Below are positions 11,410 to 23,588 of a DNA stretch of 64,000 nt, one piece after another (within the stretch, counting starts at the first letter, position 1; the number at the start of each line of letters is the position of its first letter). A model generated the notes under the pieces. The model was given only the letters and a program-made list of their open reading frames with translations. It was not told the origin of the DNA and ran no database searches. This DNA is from an uncultured delta proteobacterium (GTDB lineage: Bacteria > Desulfobacterota > Binatia > Binatales > Binataceae), in the NCBI GenBank assembly GCA_963842085.1, contig CAWJET010000001.1, positions 160,001 through 224,000 of the forward strand. Reading direction: 5' to 3'. A program made the position numbers and the translations under genes.

Positions 11410-12465
11410 TCAGGTCTTAAACTGGCCCACGATCGCGTAAAACGGCACGTTCAGCGTCGCCTGGTCCGGGTCGTCGGTCTTTATCGTCAAATTCCCACGC
11501 AGTTGCCCATCGGGCGTGCCATGCCTCAGCGTGACGGTCACCTTGTATTCCCGGCCCGGCGTGACCGGTTCTGCCACCGCACCGACGGCCGGGCTGCTGC
11601 TCGCCACCTCGAGCACCTTTACCGGATGCGGCCCCTGGTTGCTCAGCTTGAAAATTCTAACGATGTCCTGGCCGTGCGGAACGATACCGAACGAAACCTG
11701 CGCGGGATCGACATTCAAGTCGCCCGTCACCGTTCCGAAGACATCAACCTGCAGCGGCACGCGATTGGTGGTGACCTTGATGGTGTCGTCGAACGGTCCC
11801 ACCGGCATCGTCTTCAGCAGCGAGACTTTCAGCAGCGCGCCCGGCTTGCCGTCGGGGCGCTTCTCCTGCACCACTTTGATCGAGGAATTCGAGTTGCTCA
11901 GCGGACCGACCGAGAACGGCCCGGGCACCGGGTAGAGATCGTTGATCAACACCTCCCTGGTGTCTTCGGTCCCCTTCTTCACGTTGCCGAACGAGACTTC
12001 GCTCGGCTGCGCCTGGACCTGCTGCTTGATGATCCCCTGCATCGTCATCGCGACTTGCGGGTTGTCGGGATCGTTGGTGAAGGCGGTGATCGTGCGGACC
12101 TGGTGCCCCTTCTGGAAGTGGGTGTCGAACGCGACGTCGATATCGCTCGTATCGCCCGGCGCCACATGCATCTTCGTCGGACTTCCCGTGGTGCATCCGC
12201 ATGAAGTCTTCACGCCGCGAATATCAAGGTAGCCCTGGCCGGTGTTCTTGATCGTGAAGGTGTGCTTGACCATCGTGCCTTCAAGCGCGGTGCCGAAATC
12301 GTAGAGCGGGTTTGTAACCGCCGCCTTCGGCTCGTGCCCTGGAGGCGCGCTGTTGCCGCCGGGAATCAGCGGGTTCATGCTGTCCTGCGCGACCGCCGGC
12401 ACGCACATCAGCAACCCGAAGATCAGTGCAAGAAACGATAGTTTGATTATTTTCAGGTTGGTCAT
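11410..12465 (-). CDS. Secreted DUF1573 / Ig-like repeat protein
   Basis: Signal peptide, YDFG...HTFTIKNTG...SCGCT, and two further SFG-starting beta-sandwich repeats. Confidence 0.8.
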   Translation of the reverse strand: MTNLKIIKLSFLALIFGLLMCVPAVAQDSMNPLIPGGNSAPPGHEPKAAVTNPLYDFGTALEGTMVKHTFTIKNTGQGYLDIRGVKTSCGCTTGSPTKMHVAPGDTSDIDVAFDTHFQKGHQVRTITAFTNDPDNPQVAMTMQGIIKQQVQAQPSEVSFGNVKKGTEDTREVLINDLYPVPGPFSVGPLSNSNSSIKVVQEKRPDGKPGALLKVSLLKTMPVGPFDDTIKVTTNRVPLQVDVFGTVTGDLNVDPAQVSFGIVPHGQDIVRIFKLSNQGPHPVKVLEVASSSPAVGAVAEPVTPGREYKVTVTLRHGTPDGQLRGNLTIKTDDPDQATLNVPFYAIVGQFKT

Positions 12466-12533
12466 AAGACTCGGCGTTGAGGCTAACCCGCCTCGCCACC
12501 CAACTATATCAAGCATGGCGCGGAACGTTGCGG

Positions 12534-13919
<1,386 letters not shown>

Positions 13920-13938
13920 CGGCGAGCGCTCCGCCCTG

Positions 13939-14436
13939 TCAGATCACTTCGATGATCATCAAGGGTTGACCGTACTCTATCGGATTTCCGTTCTCCGCGA
14001 GGACCCTTACCACCCGCCCCGCTGCCGGCGATTCGATCTCGTTCATCATCTTCATCGCCTCGATAATGCACAGCGGCTGCCCCTTGCGCACCGACGAGCC
14101 CTCTTCCACGAACGGCGCCGCGTCCGGCGATGCGGCCCGGTAAAACGTGCCCACCATCGGGCTCTCGATCAATTTCTGATTCGGCGCCAGGTCGACTTTG
14201 CCGGCCGCCTTCGATCCTTCCTCCGCCGTCGCCTCCACGTGCCGCGTCGCCATCTTGATCGGCGAGGCCGCGCGGGCCGCGATGTGCGCCTCCGCGCCGG
14301 CCTCGGTCTCGTCCATCGACGCGCGACCGCCGCCGCGCACCAGCCGCACCTTGCCTTTCTTGTCTTCGATCTCGAGTTCAACCAGCCCGTAGTCGCGCAT
14401 CAGGACCAGCAGGGCTTTCAGTTCGCGTACTTCCAT
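13939..14436 (-). CDS. accB: Biotin carboxyl carrier protein
   Basis: SPMVGTFY and the EAMKMMNEI biotinylation motif. GGAG upstream of ATG 14436. Confidence 0.93.
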   Translation of the reverse strand: MEVRELKALLVLMRDYGLVELEIEDKKGKVRLVRGGGRASMDETEAGAEAHIAARAASPIKMATRHVEATAEEGSKAAGKVDLAPNQKLIESPMVGTFYRAASPDAAPFVEEGSSVRKGQPLCIIEAMKMMNEIESPAAGRVVRVLAENGNPIEYGQPLMIIEVI

Positions 14437-14501
14437 CTGCTCTCCGTGTCTTGCCGAGAGGGCGGCCCGCCTGCGCGCTTGCTCGTTGCCCGCCATGGCG
14501 A

Positions 14502-15041
14502 TCACCCGCTCCGTCGGCGCGACTCCTCGGCCATCGTGCGCGCCGCTCTGAGAGCCAGGCTGTAACTCTCGGCGCCAAATCCCATGATTCGGCCGTGCGC
14601 GATATCCGCAATCGTCGAATGATGCCTGAACGGCTCACGCCGATACACGTTGGACAGATGCACCTCGATCACCGGAATATTCACGGCCGCTATCGCGTCG
14701 CGAATCGCAACGCTGGTGTGGGTGTATGCGCCAGGGTTGATCAATAACACGTCGCACTTGCCGCGCGCTTGCTGAATCCGATCGACAATGCCGCCCTCGC
14801 TGTTCGACTGAAACGTCTCGACCTTCATTTCCAGCTCGCGTCCCAGTTGCTTGAGTTCCGTGTTGATGTCAGCCAGCCGGGTCCGGCCGTAAACCTCGGG
14901 CTCGCGTTCGCCGAGCAAATTCAGGTTGGGGCCATGGACTACGAGCACGGCAATTGGCCGGTTCGCGCCTCTCTCGGCGGCTTCGCCAGCCTTTTGCCGG
15001 GCCTTAGCCCTCATCGCCATCCCAAACCCCGCTCCTCGCAC
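14502..15041 (-). CDS. aroQ: Type II 3-dehydroquinate dehydratase
   Basis: [26 protein letters not shown] and EVHLSN. Exact start uncertain. Confidence 0.93.
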   Translation of the reverse strand: MRGAGFGMAMRAKARQKAGEAAERGANRPIAVLVVHGPNLNLLGEREPEVYGRTRLADINTELKQLGRELEMKVETFQSNSEGGIVDRIQQARGKCDVLLINPGAYTHTSVAIRDAIAAVNIPVIEVHLSNVYRREPFRHHSTIADIAHGRIMGFGAESYSLALRAARTMAEESRRRSG

Positions 15042-15099
15042 TCATTGAACCGCACCCTCAGAGCGACTGCAAGCGCGGGCATCGGATGCTGTCCACCGG

Positions 15100-15999
15100 T
15101 CAGTCATCACTCGAGTCATCGTCGCGCGATTTGAGCGCATCCTGGTACACTTCGCGACGGCCCATCCCCGTAAGCCGCGCTACGACCGCGCTCGCCTGCT
15201 TCAGCCCAAGGCCAGCCTCACGCAGGACGTCGAGCGCTTCGCGCACGTCAATCGTGACCACCCCTGCGTCGGCGCCTCCGCTCTTCGCATCCTGCGGCGA
15301 ACCCGCAACGACGATCACGATCTCTCCCAGCGCGGGCGTCGCACGAAACCGCCGTTCCAGCTCGCCCAGCGTCCCGCGAATCGTCCGCTCGAAAGTCTTG
15401 GTGATTTCGCAGACAACCGCCGCGTCCCGCGATTCTCCGAATGCGGTCGCCATCGCGCCCAGCGTATCCGCGAGCCTGCGCGCCGCCTCGTAGAACACCA
15501 TCGTGCGCGGCTCGCGACGCAGTTCATCGAGCGCGCTGCGCCGCGCCGCGTCGCGCGCCGGGATAAATCCCTCGAACATGAACCTGTCGGTCGGGATTCC
15601 GGCAATCGAAAGCGCCGCGACTGCGGCCGACGCTCCCGGCACCGCCATTACGGGCACATTGGCCTCCAACGCCGCGCGCACCAGCCGAAAGCCGGGATCG
15701 GAAATCGCCGGCGTACCCGCATCGGTGACGAGCGCGATTTTTTCGCCCGCCTTCAGCCTCGCGATCAGTTCCGGCACGCGCCGCTCCTCGTTATGCGCGA
15801 AATGGCTGACCGTCGGCGTGCCGATCTGATGGCGCGCGAGCATCTGCCCGGTCCGCCGCGTGTCCTCGCAAGCAATCAGGCTGACTTCGCTGAGCGTGCG
15901 GATTGCCCGCGACGAAATGTCGTCGGGATTGCCGATTGGTGTCGCGACTACATACAAAATGCCGCCGGCCGCGGTTTGTCTATTGGTTCGAGCGGACAT
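15100..15999 (-). CDS. rsmI: 16S rRNA (cytidine-2'-O)-methyltransferase
   Basis: LYVVATPIGN, ACEDTR and DAGTPAISDPG. Confidence 0.93.
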   Translation of the reverse strand: MSARTNRQTAAGGILYVVATPIGNPDDISSRAIRTLSEVSLIACEDTRRTGQMLARHQIGTPTVSHFAHNEERRVPELIARLKAGEKIALVTDAGTPAISDPGFRLVRAALEANVPVMAVPGASAAVAALSIAGIPTDRFMFEGFIPARDAARRSALDELRREPRTMVFYEAARRLADTLGAMATAFGESRDAAVVCEITKTFERTIRGTLGELERRFRATPALGEIVIVVAGSPQDAKSGGADAGVVTIDVREALDVLREAGLGLKQASAVVARLTGMGRREVYQDALKSRDDDSSDD

Positions 16000-16037
16000 T
16001 ACAATTCAAATGACTATTCGCCCCCGGAGCAATCAGC

Positions 16038-16901
16038 GTGGCCGCAGGCAAAGCTACTCTCCTCATCTCATGCATCGACCGCCCCGGCATCATAGCCCGG
16101 GTCGCCACCCACTTGTTCACGCTCGGCTGCAATATTATCACCTCCGACCAGTACTCCGACGACGAGGACGGCCACTTCTTCTGGCGCATCCACTTCGAAA
16201 GCTCGCGCCGCCCCATTAGCGAGCTGTCCAAGGATCTCGACGCATCGATGCCGTCGCTGCTGCCGTGGGAACGCCTGAAGTGGGCTCTGTTCGACGCCGC
16301 CAAGCGTGACCGCATTGTCATCATGGTCTCGCGCCTGCCGCACTGCATGATGGATCTGTTGAGCCGCCATCATGTCGGTGAGCTCGACGGCGACGTGGTC
16401 GGCGTCGTCAGCAACCATCCCGACCTCGAACCGCTTGCGCGCCCGTTCGAGGTTCCGTTCACCGTGATTCCGGTCCTGACAGAGCGCAAGGCCGAAGCCG
16501 AAGCCGTACTCGTAAAGCATCTCACCGAGCTGCGCGCCGACACCGTCGTCCTCGCGCGCTACATGCAGGTGCTGTCGGGCGATTTTCTCCGCGCGTGGAG
16601 CAAGCCGATCGTCAACATTCACCACAGCTTCCTGCCCGCATTCGCCGGCCAGCGGCCGCACAAGCAAGCACACGACCGCGGCGTGAAACTAATCGGTGCA
16701 ACCGCGCATTACGTGACCGAGGACCTCGACGCCGGGCCGATAATTGGCCAAGCCACCGCCCCGATGACCCATCGCGACACCGTCGCCGACCTCGCCCGCA
16801 AGGGCAAGGATCTCGAAGTGACGGTGTTAGCCAAGGCCCTGCGCGCCCACCTGAAAAAGCAGGTGCTACTACACCACAACCGCACGATCGTCTTCGAGTA
16901 A
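16038..16901 (+). CDS. purU: Formyltetrahydrofolate deformylase
   Basis: N-terminal ACT domain, LARYMQVLS, NIHHSFLPAF and GATAHYVT. Confidence 0.95.
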   Translation: MAAGKATLLISCIDRPGIIARVATHLFTLGCNIITSDQYSDDEDGHFFWRIHFESSRRPISELSKDLDASMPSLLPWERLKWALFDAAKRDRIVIMVSRLPHCMMDLLSRHHVGELDGDVVGVVSNHPDLEPLARPFEVPFTVIPVLTERKAEAEAVLVKHLTELRADTVVLARYMQVLSGDFLRAWSKPIVNIHHSFLPAFAGQRPHKQAHDRGVKLIGATAHYVTEDLDAGPIIGQATAPMTHRDTVADLARKGKDLEVTVLAKALRAHLKKQVLLHHNRTIVFE

Positions 16902-16915
16902 ACACAGCCTCTATA

Positions 16916-16987
16916 TGTCATTCTGAGTGTAGACTGCCGCAGCAAAGAATCCCGGATCCGGGTTCCTTCGCTACGCTCAGGATGACA
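16916..16987. repeat. Repeat family A, inverted doublet between convergent purU and nuoN
   Basis: TGTCATTCTGAG...AGAATCCCGG-AT-CCGGGTTCCT...CTCAGGATGACA. Confidence 0.8.
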
Positions 16988-17004
16988 CAAAAAGCCGGAA
17001 CTGA

Positions 17005-18492
17005 TTACGTCGGGCCGGTAAAGAAACTCAACGACCGGTTCGCGAACGAGATAATCGGCGACCAGTACAGCCCGAACACGATCGTGGCGCAGGCCAGCAC
17101 TCCCATCAGCCCGTAATTCCATCCATCGAAGCGCACCGTGCCTTCGTCGCCGCGCGGCTGCTCGAAGAACATCATCCGAATCGGTTTCAAGTAATAATAC
17201 AAAGACACTACTGAATTGAGTATTCCAACAATAGCCAGTATGTAGAACTGCCCGCGAATCACCGCCGCAAACAAGTAGAATTTTCCTATGAAACCGACGG
17301 TCAACGGAATACCAGTCAACGAAAAAAGAAATATAGTCAGCGCGACCGCCGGCACGATTCCACCGCGCCACGCCAGCCCGCGATATGCCTCGACGTCCTC
17401 GCGCCCGGTCGAGTTCGCCACGATCATCACGACCAGGAAAGCGCCCGCATCCATTACGTAGTAGGCAAACAGGTAGAACAGCATCGCGCGAATCCCGTCA
17501 TTCGACAGCACCACGAATCCCATCAGCGCGTATCCTGCCTGCGCGATACTCGAGTACGCCAGCAGCCGCTTCATGTTGGTCTGCTGCAGCGCGGCAAGGT
17601 TGCCGAGCGTCATCGTGATGATGCAAACGAATAGGAGCAGTTGCGGCCAATCGACGCCCGTCAGCGCCACCCAGCTCCCGCCCGCCGCCAGATGCGAAAT
17701 CGCCGGAAAGAAAAAGCGCGTCAGCAGCGCAAAGCCGGCCGCCTTCGACCCGATCGCGAGAAACGTCGTGATCGGAATCGGCGCGCCCGTGTATACGTCG
17801 GGCGCCCACATGTGAAACGGCACCGACGCCACCTTGTAGCCCATCCCAGTCAAGATCAGCACCAGCGCGATAAACACCGCGAGCACCGGCAGATGCGCGG
17901 GCGTCGAGAGCGCTTTATTGATCAGGCTGAAGTCGAGCGAGCCGGTGATTCCGAAAATCCAGCTCATGCCGTAGATCATCGTGCCCGACGCGACGCCGCC
18001 GTAAATCAGGTACTTCAGCGCGGCTTCGAGCGAGCGCCGGTTATGCCGCAGAAAACCCGTCAGGATGTACGACGTCAGGCTGACGAACTCCAGCGCCAGG
18101 TATGCCATCAGCAGGTTCGCCGACTCCGCCATCAGAAACATCGCAAACGTGCTCGCCAGCAATATCGCGTAGTATTCGCCCTGGTCGCAGTTCTTCACTT
18201 CCTCCGAGCCGATCGACATCCAGATAGCCACCACCGCGGCCAGCGCGATCAGCGCACGGAAGTAAATCGCGAACGAATCGAACACCAGCATCCGATGGAA
18301 CAGCCACGCACCAGACGAGTCCGGCTCCAGCCCAATCGCCACCAGCGACGCCGCAGCCACTATCAGAGCCAGCGCGCCGAGTCGCGACTTGTCGCTCACC
18401 GCCAGGTCGATGATCACGATCGCCAGGACTCCGCCGACCAGGATCATCTCCGGGACGAAATGCCCCAGGCTCGCGAGGTTTCCGAGATCCAT
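17005..18492 (-). CDS. nuoN: NADH-quinone oxidoreductase subunit N
   Basis: EAALKYLIYG, YKVASVPFHMWAPDVY and KRLLAYSSI. Confidence 0.95.
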   Translation of the reverse strand: MDLGNLASLGHFVPEMILVGGVLAIVIIDLAVSDKSRLGALALIVAAASLVAIGLEPDSSGAWLFHRMLVFDSFAIYFRALIALAAVVAIWMSIGSEEVKNCDQGEYYAILLASTFAMFLMAESANLLMAYLALEFVSLTSYILTGFLRHNRRSLEAALKYLIYGGVASGTMIYGMSWIFGITGSLDFSLINKALSTPAHLPVLAVFIALVLILTGMGYKVASVPFHMWAPDVYTGAPIPITTFLAIGSKAAGFALLTRFFFPAISHLAAGGSWVALTGVDWPQLLLFVCIITMTLGNLAALQQTNMKRLLAYSSIAQAGYALMGFVVLSNDGIRAMLFYLFAYYVMDAGAFLVVMIVANSTGREDVEAYRGLAWRGGIVPAVALTIFLFSLTGIPLTVGFIGKFYLFAAVIRGQFYILAIVGILNSVVSLYYYLKPIRMMFFEQPRGDEGTVRFDGWNYGLMGVLACATIVFGLYWSPIISFANRSLSFFTGPT

Positions 18493-18509
18493 CTAATTCC
18501 TGCTGCGTC

Positions 18510-20009
18510 TCAGCGAACCATCGCGACCGCTGCGCCCGAAGTCGAAAGCACAACCTGGTTAAGATGAACCAGCGAGGTGTTGAGCAATCCCAGAATCGCG
18601 TGCGGATAAACTCCGAGTATCAGCACGATCACGCCCAGCGGCACCAGCGTGAACGCCTCACGAAACGACAGATCGGAGAAGCCTTTGTACTTCTCATTCA
18701 ACGGTCCAAGGTAGATTCGCTGGAAGGTCCACAGCAGGTAGCCCGCCGTCAGAATCGCCGTCGCGGCGCCGAATGCGACCATCAGCGGATGCGTCTGCCA
18801 TGCGCCGATCAGCACCAGCACTTCCGAAATAAATGCCGACATCCCCGGCAGTCCCATGCCCGCGAAAAACGCGAAGCCTGTCATCGCTGTGTATATCGGC
18901 ATCTGTTGAGCCAGGCCCCCGAAACCGTTTATCTCGCGATGGTGCGCACGATCGTAAATCACGCCGACCAAAATAAAGAGCATCGCGGTGATAGTCCCGT
19001 GATTGAACATCTGCAGCACTGCGCCGTTGATCCCCGCCGCCGTGAACGCCGCCAGCCCGAGCATCACGTAACCCATGTGGCTAATCGACGAATACGCAAT
19101 CAGCTTCTTATAGTCAGTCTGCGCCATCGCGCACATCGCGCCGTATACTATGTTGATAGTGCCGATCACTCCAAGGAACAGCCACGCAAGCTGGTAGCTG
19201 GCGGCCGGCAGTACCGCAAAATTGACGCGCAGAATACCGTAAGTGCCCATTTTCAGCAGCACACCCGCAAGAATCACCGAAATCGCCGTCGGCGCCTCGA
19301 CGTGCGCGTCGGGCAACCAGGTATGGAACGGGAACGCCGGAATCTTGATTGCGAACCCGATAAACAGCGCGATCCATACTATTCGTTGAAACCCGATTGA
19401 GTAATGACTCGAATTCGCGGCCAGCTCGGTCAAGTCAAACGTAGGAGTCGCGCCGTAGTAATATAGTCCGAGCATCGCCAGCAGAATTAGTACGGAACCG
19501 AGCAGTGTGTAGAGAAAGAATTTGATCGCCGCGTACTCGCGCCGCGGCCCGCCCCAGATGCCGATTAGAAAATACATCGGCAGCAGCATCACTTCCCAGA
19601 AAATATAGAACAGGAAGAAATCGAGCGACACGAACACGCCCATCATTCCCGTGTCGAGCATCAGCAGCATCGCGTAGTAGCCCTTTTCCGCCCGATTTAT
19701 GCCGAAACTCGCGAACACCGAGATAAACATGATCAACGCCGTCAACAGCACCATCGAGATGCTGATCCCGTCCACGCCGATTAAGTAGCTAATGTGGTAC
19801 GAGGGCATCCACGACGCTTTCTCGGCGAACTGCACGGCGCTGGTCGTCGTGTCGAAGTTCTCGTACAGGTAAAGCGCGATCAGCAGTTGCGGTATCGTCG
19901 CCAGCGCCGCGATCCACTTGAATGCGGGCTTCATCGAGTCGGGCAGCGCCAGTATCAGCACCGTCCCGGCGATCGGAACAAAGGTTATCAGCGTAAGCGC
20001 GTGACTCAT
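18510..20009 (-). CDS. nuoM: NADH-quinone oxidoreductase subunit M
   Basis: FWEVMLLPMYFLIGIWG and PFHTWLPDAHVEAPT. Confidence 0.95.
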   Translation of the reverse strand: MSHALTLITFVPIAGTVLILALPDSMKPAFKWIAALATIPQLLIALYLYENFDTTTSAVQFAEKASWMPSYHISYLIGVDGISISMVLLTALIMFISVFASFGINRAEKGYYAMLLMLDTGMMGVFVSLDFFLFYIFWEVMLLPMYFLIGIWGGPRREYAAIKFFLYTLLGSVLILLAMLGLYYYGATPTFDLTELAANSSHYSIGFQRIVWIALFIGFAIKIPAFPFHTWLPDAHVEAPTAISVILAGVLLKMGTYGILRVNFAVLPAASYQLAWLFLGVIGTINIVYGAMCAMAQTDYKKLIAYSSISHMGYVMLGLAAFTAAGINGAVLQMFNHGTITAMLFILVGVIYDRAHHREINGFGGLAQQMPIYTAMTGFAFFAGMGLPGMSAFISEVLVLIGAWQTHPLMVAFGAATAILTAGYLLWTFQRIYLGPLNEKYKGFSDLSFREAFTLVPLGVIVLILGVYPHAILGLLNTSLVHLNQVVLSTSGAAVAMVR

Positions 20010-20061
20010 TTCAGTTTCGCTCTTTCCCGTTTGGCTTGAATTGGCGCCGCCGCCGAATCCG

Positions 20062-22137
20062 TCATGCCCTTGCGACCGCGCGCGCCAGCAGTATCAGCAT
20101 CACCGCGGCCAGGATCCCGTACAGGTATCCATTGATCGAGCCGGTCTGCAGCCGCCGCAGTCTGCCGCCCACGTTGTACGTCACGTTCGAGACTAAGTTC
20201 ACCAGCCAATCGACTACGTAATGATCGAATAGTCCCGACAGCCAGGACAGGAATACTATGACGCGCGCCGCGAGATTAACTACTCCGTCAATTATATTCG
20301 AGTCAAACCACGCCGACGCGCGCGTCGCGAATAGGTACGGCTGCACAACTACTCGGTCGTAGAATTCATCGACGTAGTATTTGTTCAATACCCATTCGTA
20401 CGGTACTCCATCGAACATCTGGCTAAAGCGCACCGGATCTATCTTCTCCTGCCGATACATCAGATCCGCCACCAGCCATCCGATTACTACCATCGTGAAA
20501 GTGATGAATCCGATTGCTGCTTCGGTCGAATGACTATGTATTCCCGCCTCGGTTATCCGCCGCGTCACCTCCGAGTTGAATACGGGATCGAGAAAGGTCT
20601 CGAACGGTTTGAACGTCGCGATGAACTCCGGGATCTTCACGAGCCCGCCGACTACGGACAGCGCGCCCAGCACGATCAGCACGTACGCCATCGACGGCGG
20701 CGATTCGTGCAGATGATGCTCCTGGTCATGGGTGCCGCGGAATTCGCCGAAGAACGTCATGTACACCTGCCGGAACATGTAGAAAACCGTGATCCCGGCG
20801 CCGATCAGCAACATCGCCCACACCACCGTGTGGCCGTGCGAGAACGCCTGCCAGATGATCTCGTCCTTCGACATAAATCCGGCGAACGGCGGCACGCCCG
20901 AGATCGCCAGCGTCGCCGCCATGAACGTGAGAAACGTGATCGGCATCTTGTGCCGCAGAGCGCCCATCTTGCGCATGTCCTGCTCGCCGCCCATCGCGTG
21001 AATCACCGACCCGCTCCCCAGGAACAGGCACGCCTTGAAGAACGCATGCGTCATCAAGTGGAACACGCCCGCCGCGTATGCGCCCACGCCCACCGCCGCG
21101 AACATGTATCCGAGTTGGCTCACCGTCGAGTAGGCGAGCACTTTCTTGATGTCGTTTTGCGCGACACCGATCGTCGCTGCGAACAGCGCGGTCAGCCCGC
21201 CCACCAGCGCGATCACGCCCATCGTAAACGGCGACATCGAAAATAAAAAATTCAGCCGCGCCACCATGTACACGCCCGCCGTCACCATCGTCGCCGCATG
21301 GATCAGCGCGCTCACGGGCGTCGGTCCTGCCATCGCGTCCGGCAGCCACACGTACAGCGGAATCTGCGCCGACTTGCCCGTCGCTCCGATGAACATCAGC
21401 AACGTGACGAACCCCACCAGTGTGTGCGTCGAATTGTAGCCCGCGAAATTTATCGGCACGCCGGTGAGCAATGGCGCGTACTTGCCAACCTCGCGTATCA
21501 CCAGAGTCGGATGCCCGAGTGCCTGCAATCCCGCGAACAAACTGTACAGCGCGATCACGAAGGCCAGGTCGCCGACACGGTTCACGATGAATGCCTTGTT
21601 GCCCGCCGTCGTGTTCGCCGTCACCTTGTACCAGAACCCGATCAGCGCGAACGAGCACAGGCCCACGCCTTCCCAGCCGACGAACATCAGCAGCAGGTTG
21701 TCGCCTAGCACCAGCACCAGCATTGCGAACGTGAACAGGTTGAGCCATCCGAAAAATCGCCAGTAGCCGTCGTCATCGTGCATGTAGCCGATCGAGTAAA
21801 TGTGGATCAGCCCGCCGACGCCCGTGACTATCAGCGTCATCACCATCGACAGCGGATCGAGCCAGAACGCGATGTCGAGATTCAGTCCGCCGACGTCGAA
21901 CCACTTCCAGAGGTCGTCGAGCATGAAGCGGCTGCCCGGCGGCAGTGTCAGCATTCCGAGAAACGCTCGCACCGCCAGGATGAACGCCGCGATCACGACG
22001 CCGCATCCCACCATGCTCACCGCGCGCTTGCCAAACGTCTTCTGCAGCCACGCGCCACCGAGAAAATTGATCGCCGCACCGATCAGCGGAAGCACCACGA
22101 TCAATCGGATGAACGTAACCGGAATCGGATGGTCCAT
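20062..22137 (-). CDS. nuoL: NADH-quinone oxidoreductase subunit L
   Basis: GWEGVG and GKSAQIPLYVWLPDAMAGPTPVSALIHAATMV. Confidence 0.95.
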   Translation of the reverse strand: MDHPIPVTFIRLIVVLPLIGAAINFLGGAWLQKTFGKRAVSMVGCGVVIAAFILAVRAFLGMLTLPPGSRFMLDDLWKWFDVGGLNLDIAFWLDPLSMVMTLIVTGVGGLIHIYSIGYMHDDDGYWRFFGWLNLFTFAMLVLVLGDNLLLMFVGWEGVGLCSFALIGFWYKVTANTTAGNKAFIVNRVGDLAFVIALYSLFAGLQALGHPTLVIREVGKYAPLLTGVPINFAGYNSTHTLVGFVTLLMFIGATGKSAQIPLYVWLPDAMAGPTPVSALIHAATMVTAGVYMVARLNFLFSMSPFTMGVIALVGGLTALFAATIGVAQNDIKKVLAYSTVSQLGYMFAAVGVGAYAAGVFHLMTHAFFKACLFLGSGSVIHAMGGEQDMRKMGALRHKMPITFLTFMAATLAISGVPPFAGFMSKDEIIWQAFSHGHTVVWAMLLIGAGITVFYMFRQVYMTFFGEFRGTHDQEHHLHESPPSMAYVLIVLGALSVVGGLVKIPEFIATFKPFETFLDPVFNSEVTRRITEAGIHSHSTEAAIGFITFTMVVIGWLVADLMYRQEKIDPVRFSQMFDGVPYEWVLNKYYVDEFYDRVVVQPYLFATRASAWFDSNIIDGVVNLAARVIVFLSWLSGLFDHYVVDWLVNLVSNVTYNVGGRLRRLQTGSINGYLYGILAAVMLILLARAVARA

Positions 22138-22144
22138 CGCTCAG

Positions 22145-22459
22145 CTATCCACGCAGCGTCTCGGTCGCATCGACGTCGATCGTCTTGAAGTTCTGATAAA
22201 TCGCCAGCACCACGGCCAATCCGATCACCGCCTCCGCCGCCGCCAGCATGATCACGAAAATCGCAAAAATCTGCCCGTCGTATTTGCCTCCGCCGTAAAA
22301 CGCGAACGCAAGGTAGTTGATATTGGCGGAGTTGAGGATCAGCTCGACGCCCATCAGGATTCCAATCGCGTTGCGCCGCGTCAGAACCGTGAACAGCCCG
22401 AGCGAAAATACGATCAGGCTAAGCACCAGGAAGTGGTTCAGCGTTATTCCCCCGCCCAT
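22145..22459 (-). CDS. nuoK: NADH-quinone oxidoreductase subunit K
   Basis: RRNAIGILMGVELILN and AAAEAVIGLA. Confidence 0.93.
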   Translation of the reverse strand: MGGGITLNHFLVLSLIVFSLGLFTVLTRRNAIGILMGVELILNSANINYLAFAFYGGGKYDGQIFAIFVIMLAAAEAVIGLAVVLAIYQNFKTIDVDATETLRG

Positions 22460-22477
22460 CCCGATTCTCCCGCTCCC

Positions 22478-22975
22478 CTATTCCCTCGCCTCATGACGCG
22501 AGATCACAATCGCGCCGATTAGCGCCGCCAACAGCACCAGCGACGCGACTTCGAACGGCAGCACGTAGTCGCCCAGGAACGCGTTGCCGATCGCGTAGGT
22601 CGTCGGCGCGGGCGTGACCGCCGCCGCCTGATGCCAGTGCGTCCGCATCACCGCGTACAGCATCACGAGCGCGGCGATTCCAACTGTGAAGAGCGCCGGT
22701 CCCGTTCCCACCGCGCGATTCGACACGGTCACGTCTCCGATTCCCGCCGTCAGCATCACCGCGAAGATAGTCAGTACCAATATTCCACCGACGTAAACGA
22801 GCAGCTGCACCATCGCGACAAAGTCCGCCGCCAGCAAAATGTAAATACCCACAACGCCCATGAATGCGCCGAGCAGCGCGAATGTCGAATAAACTATATT
22901 GCGCGAGAACGCCACCAGCATCGCCGACCCCACCGTCAGCGCCGCCAGCGCATAGAATATTACCTGTGCGAGCAT
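22478..22975 (-). CDS. nuoJ: NADH-quinone oxidoreductase subunit J
   Basis: QLLVYVGGILVL and YVLPFEVASLVLL. Confidence 0.93.
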   Translation of the reverse strand: MLAQVIFYALAALTVGSAMLVAFSRNIVYSTFALLGAFMGVVGIYILLAADFVAMVQLLVYVGGILVLTIFAVMLTAGIGDVTVSNRAVGTGPALFTVGIAALVMLYAVMRTHWHQAAAVTPAPTTYAIGNAFLGDYVLPFEVASLVLLAALIGAIVISRHEARE

Positions 22976-23012
22976 CGGTTCGCCCTTCCCCGATTCGTGC
23001 TGGCCGCGCGCG

Positions 23013-23579
23013 CTACGCCGGCTCTTCTTCGGCCGGCTTCTCGCCGCCAGGTTGCGCCCATTGATCGAGGTAGGTCATGCCGCGATTCAGAATCGGCGCG
23101 ATTCCCGGATCGGTCTCCGGCCCTTTCTTGGGCTTGTACGCGACCACCGGGTCCTTGACGAAGCGGCGAATCAAACTCTCCAGCGAATAGTCAGCGCCCT
23201 CGAACTCCGTCGTATGATGGATCGAGCCGGTCGGGCACGGCTCGCTGCAAAGCCCGCAGTACATGCACTTTGCGATGTCGATGTCGAACTGCGACAGCAG
23301 CAGCTGCCGAGTCTGCGGATCCTTGTCGGCCACGATCACGATACAATCGATCGGGCACGCGCGCTCGCACGCCAGGCATCCCGTGCAGATTTCGAGATCC
23401 ACTTCCAGGATTCCGCGGTAGCGGAACGGCAGCGTGTCCTGCACGCGCACCGGCATCCTGTCCGGATATTGCACGGTGTACGGCTTGCGCATGAAATGCG
23501 AGGCGGTTACCGCCATGCCCTCGAATATAGTCGAGACCGCGTCCTTTATATTGGTTACGTATTCCGAAACCGCGCCCAT
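23013..23579 (-). CDS. nuoI: NADH-quinone oxidoreductase subunit I
   Basis: TVQYP and two CxxCxxCxxxCP 4Fe-4S motifs. Confidence 0.92.
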   Translation of the reverse strand: MGAVSEYVTNIKDAVSTIFEGMAVTASHFMRKPYTVQYPDRMPVRVQDTLPFRYRGILEVDLEICTGCLACERACPIDCIVIVADKDPQTRQLLLSQFDIDIAKCMYCGLCSEPCPTGSIHHTTEFEGADYSLESLIRRFVKDPVVAYKPKKGPETDPGIAPILNRGMTYLDQWAQPGGEKPAEEEPA

Positions 23580-23588
23580 CAATAGCCT

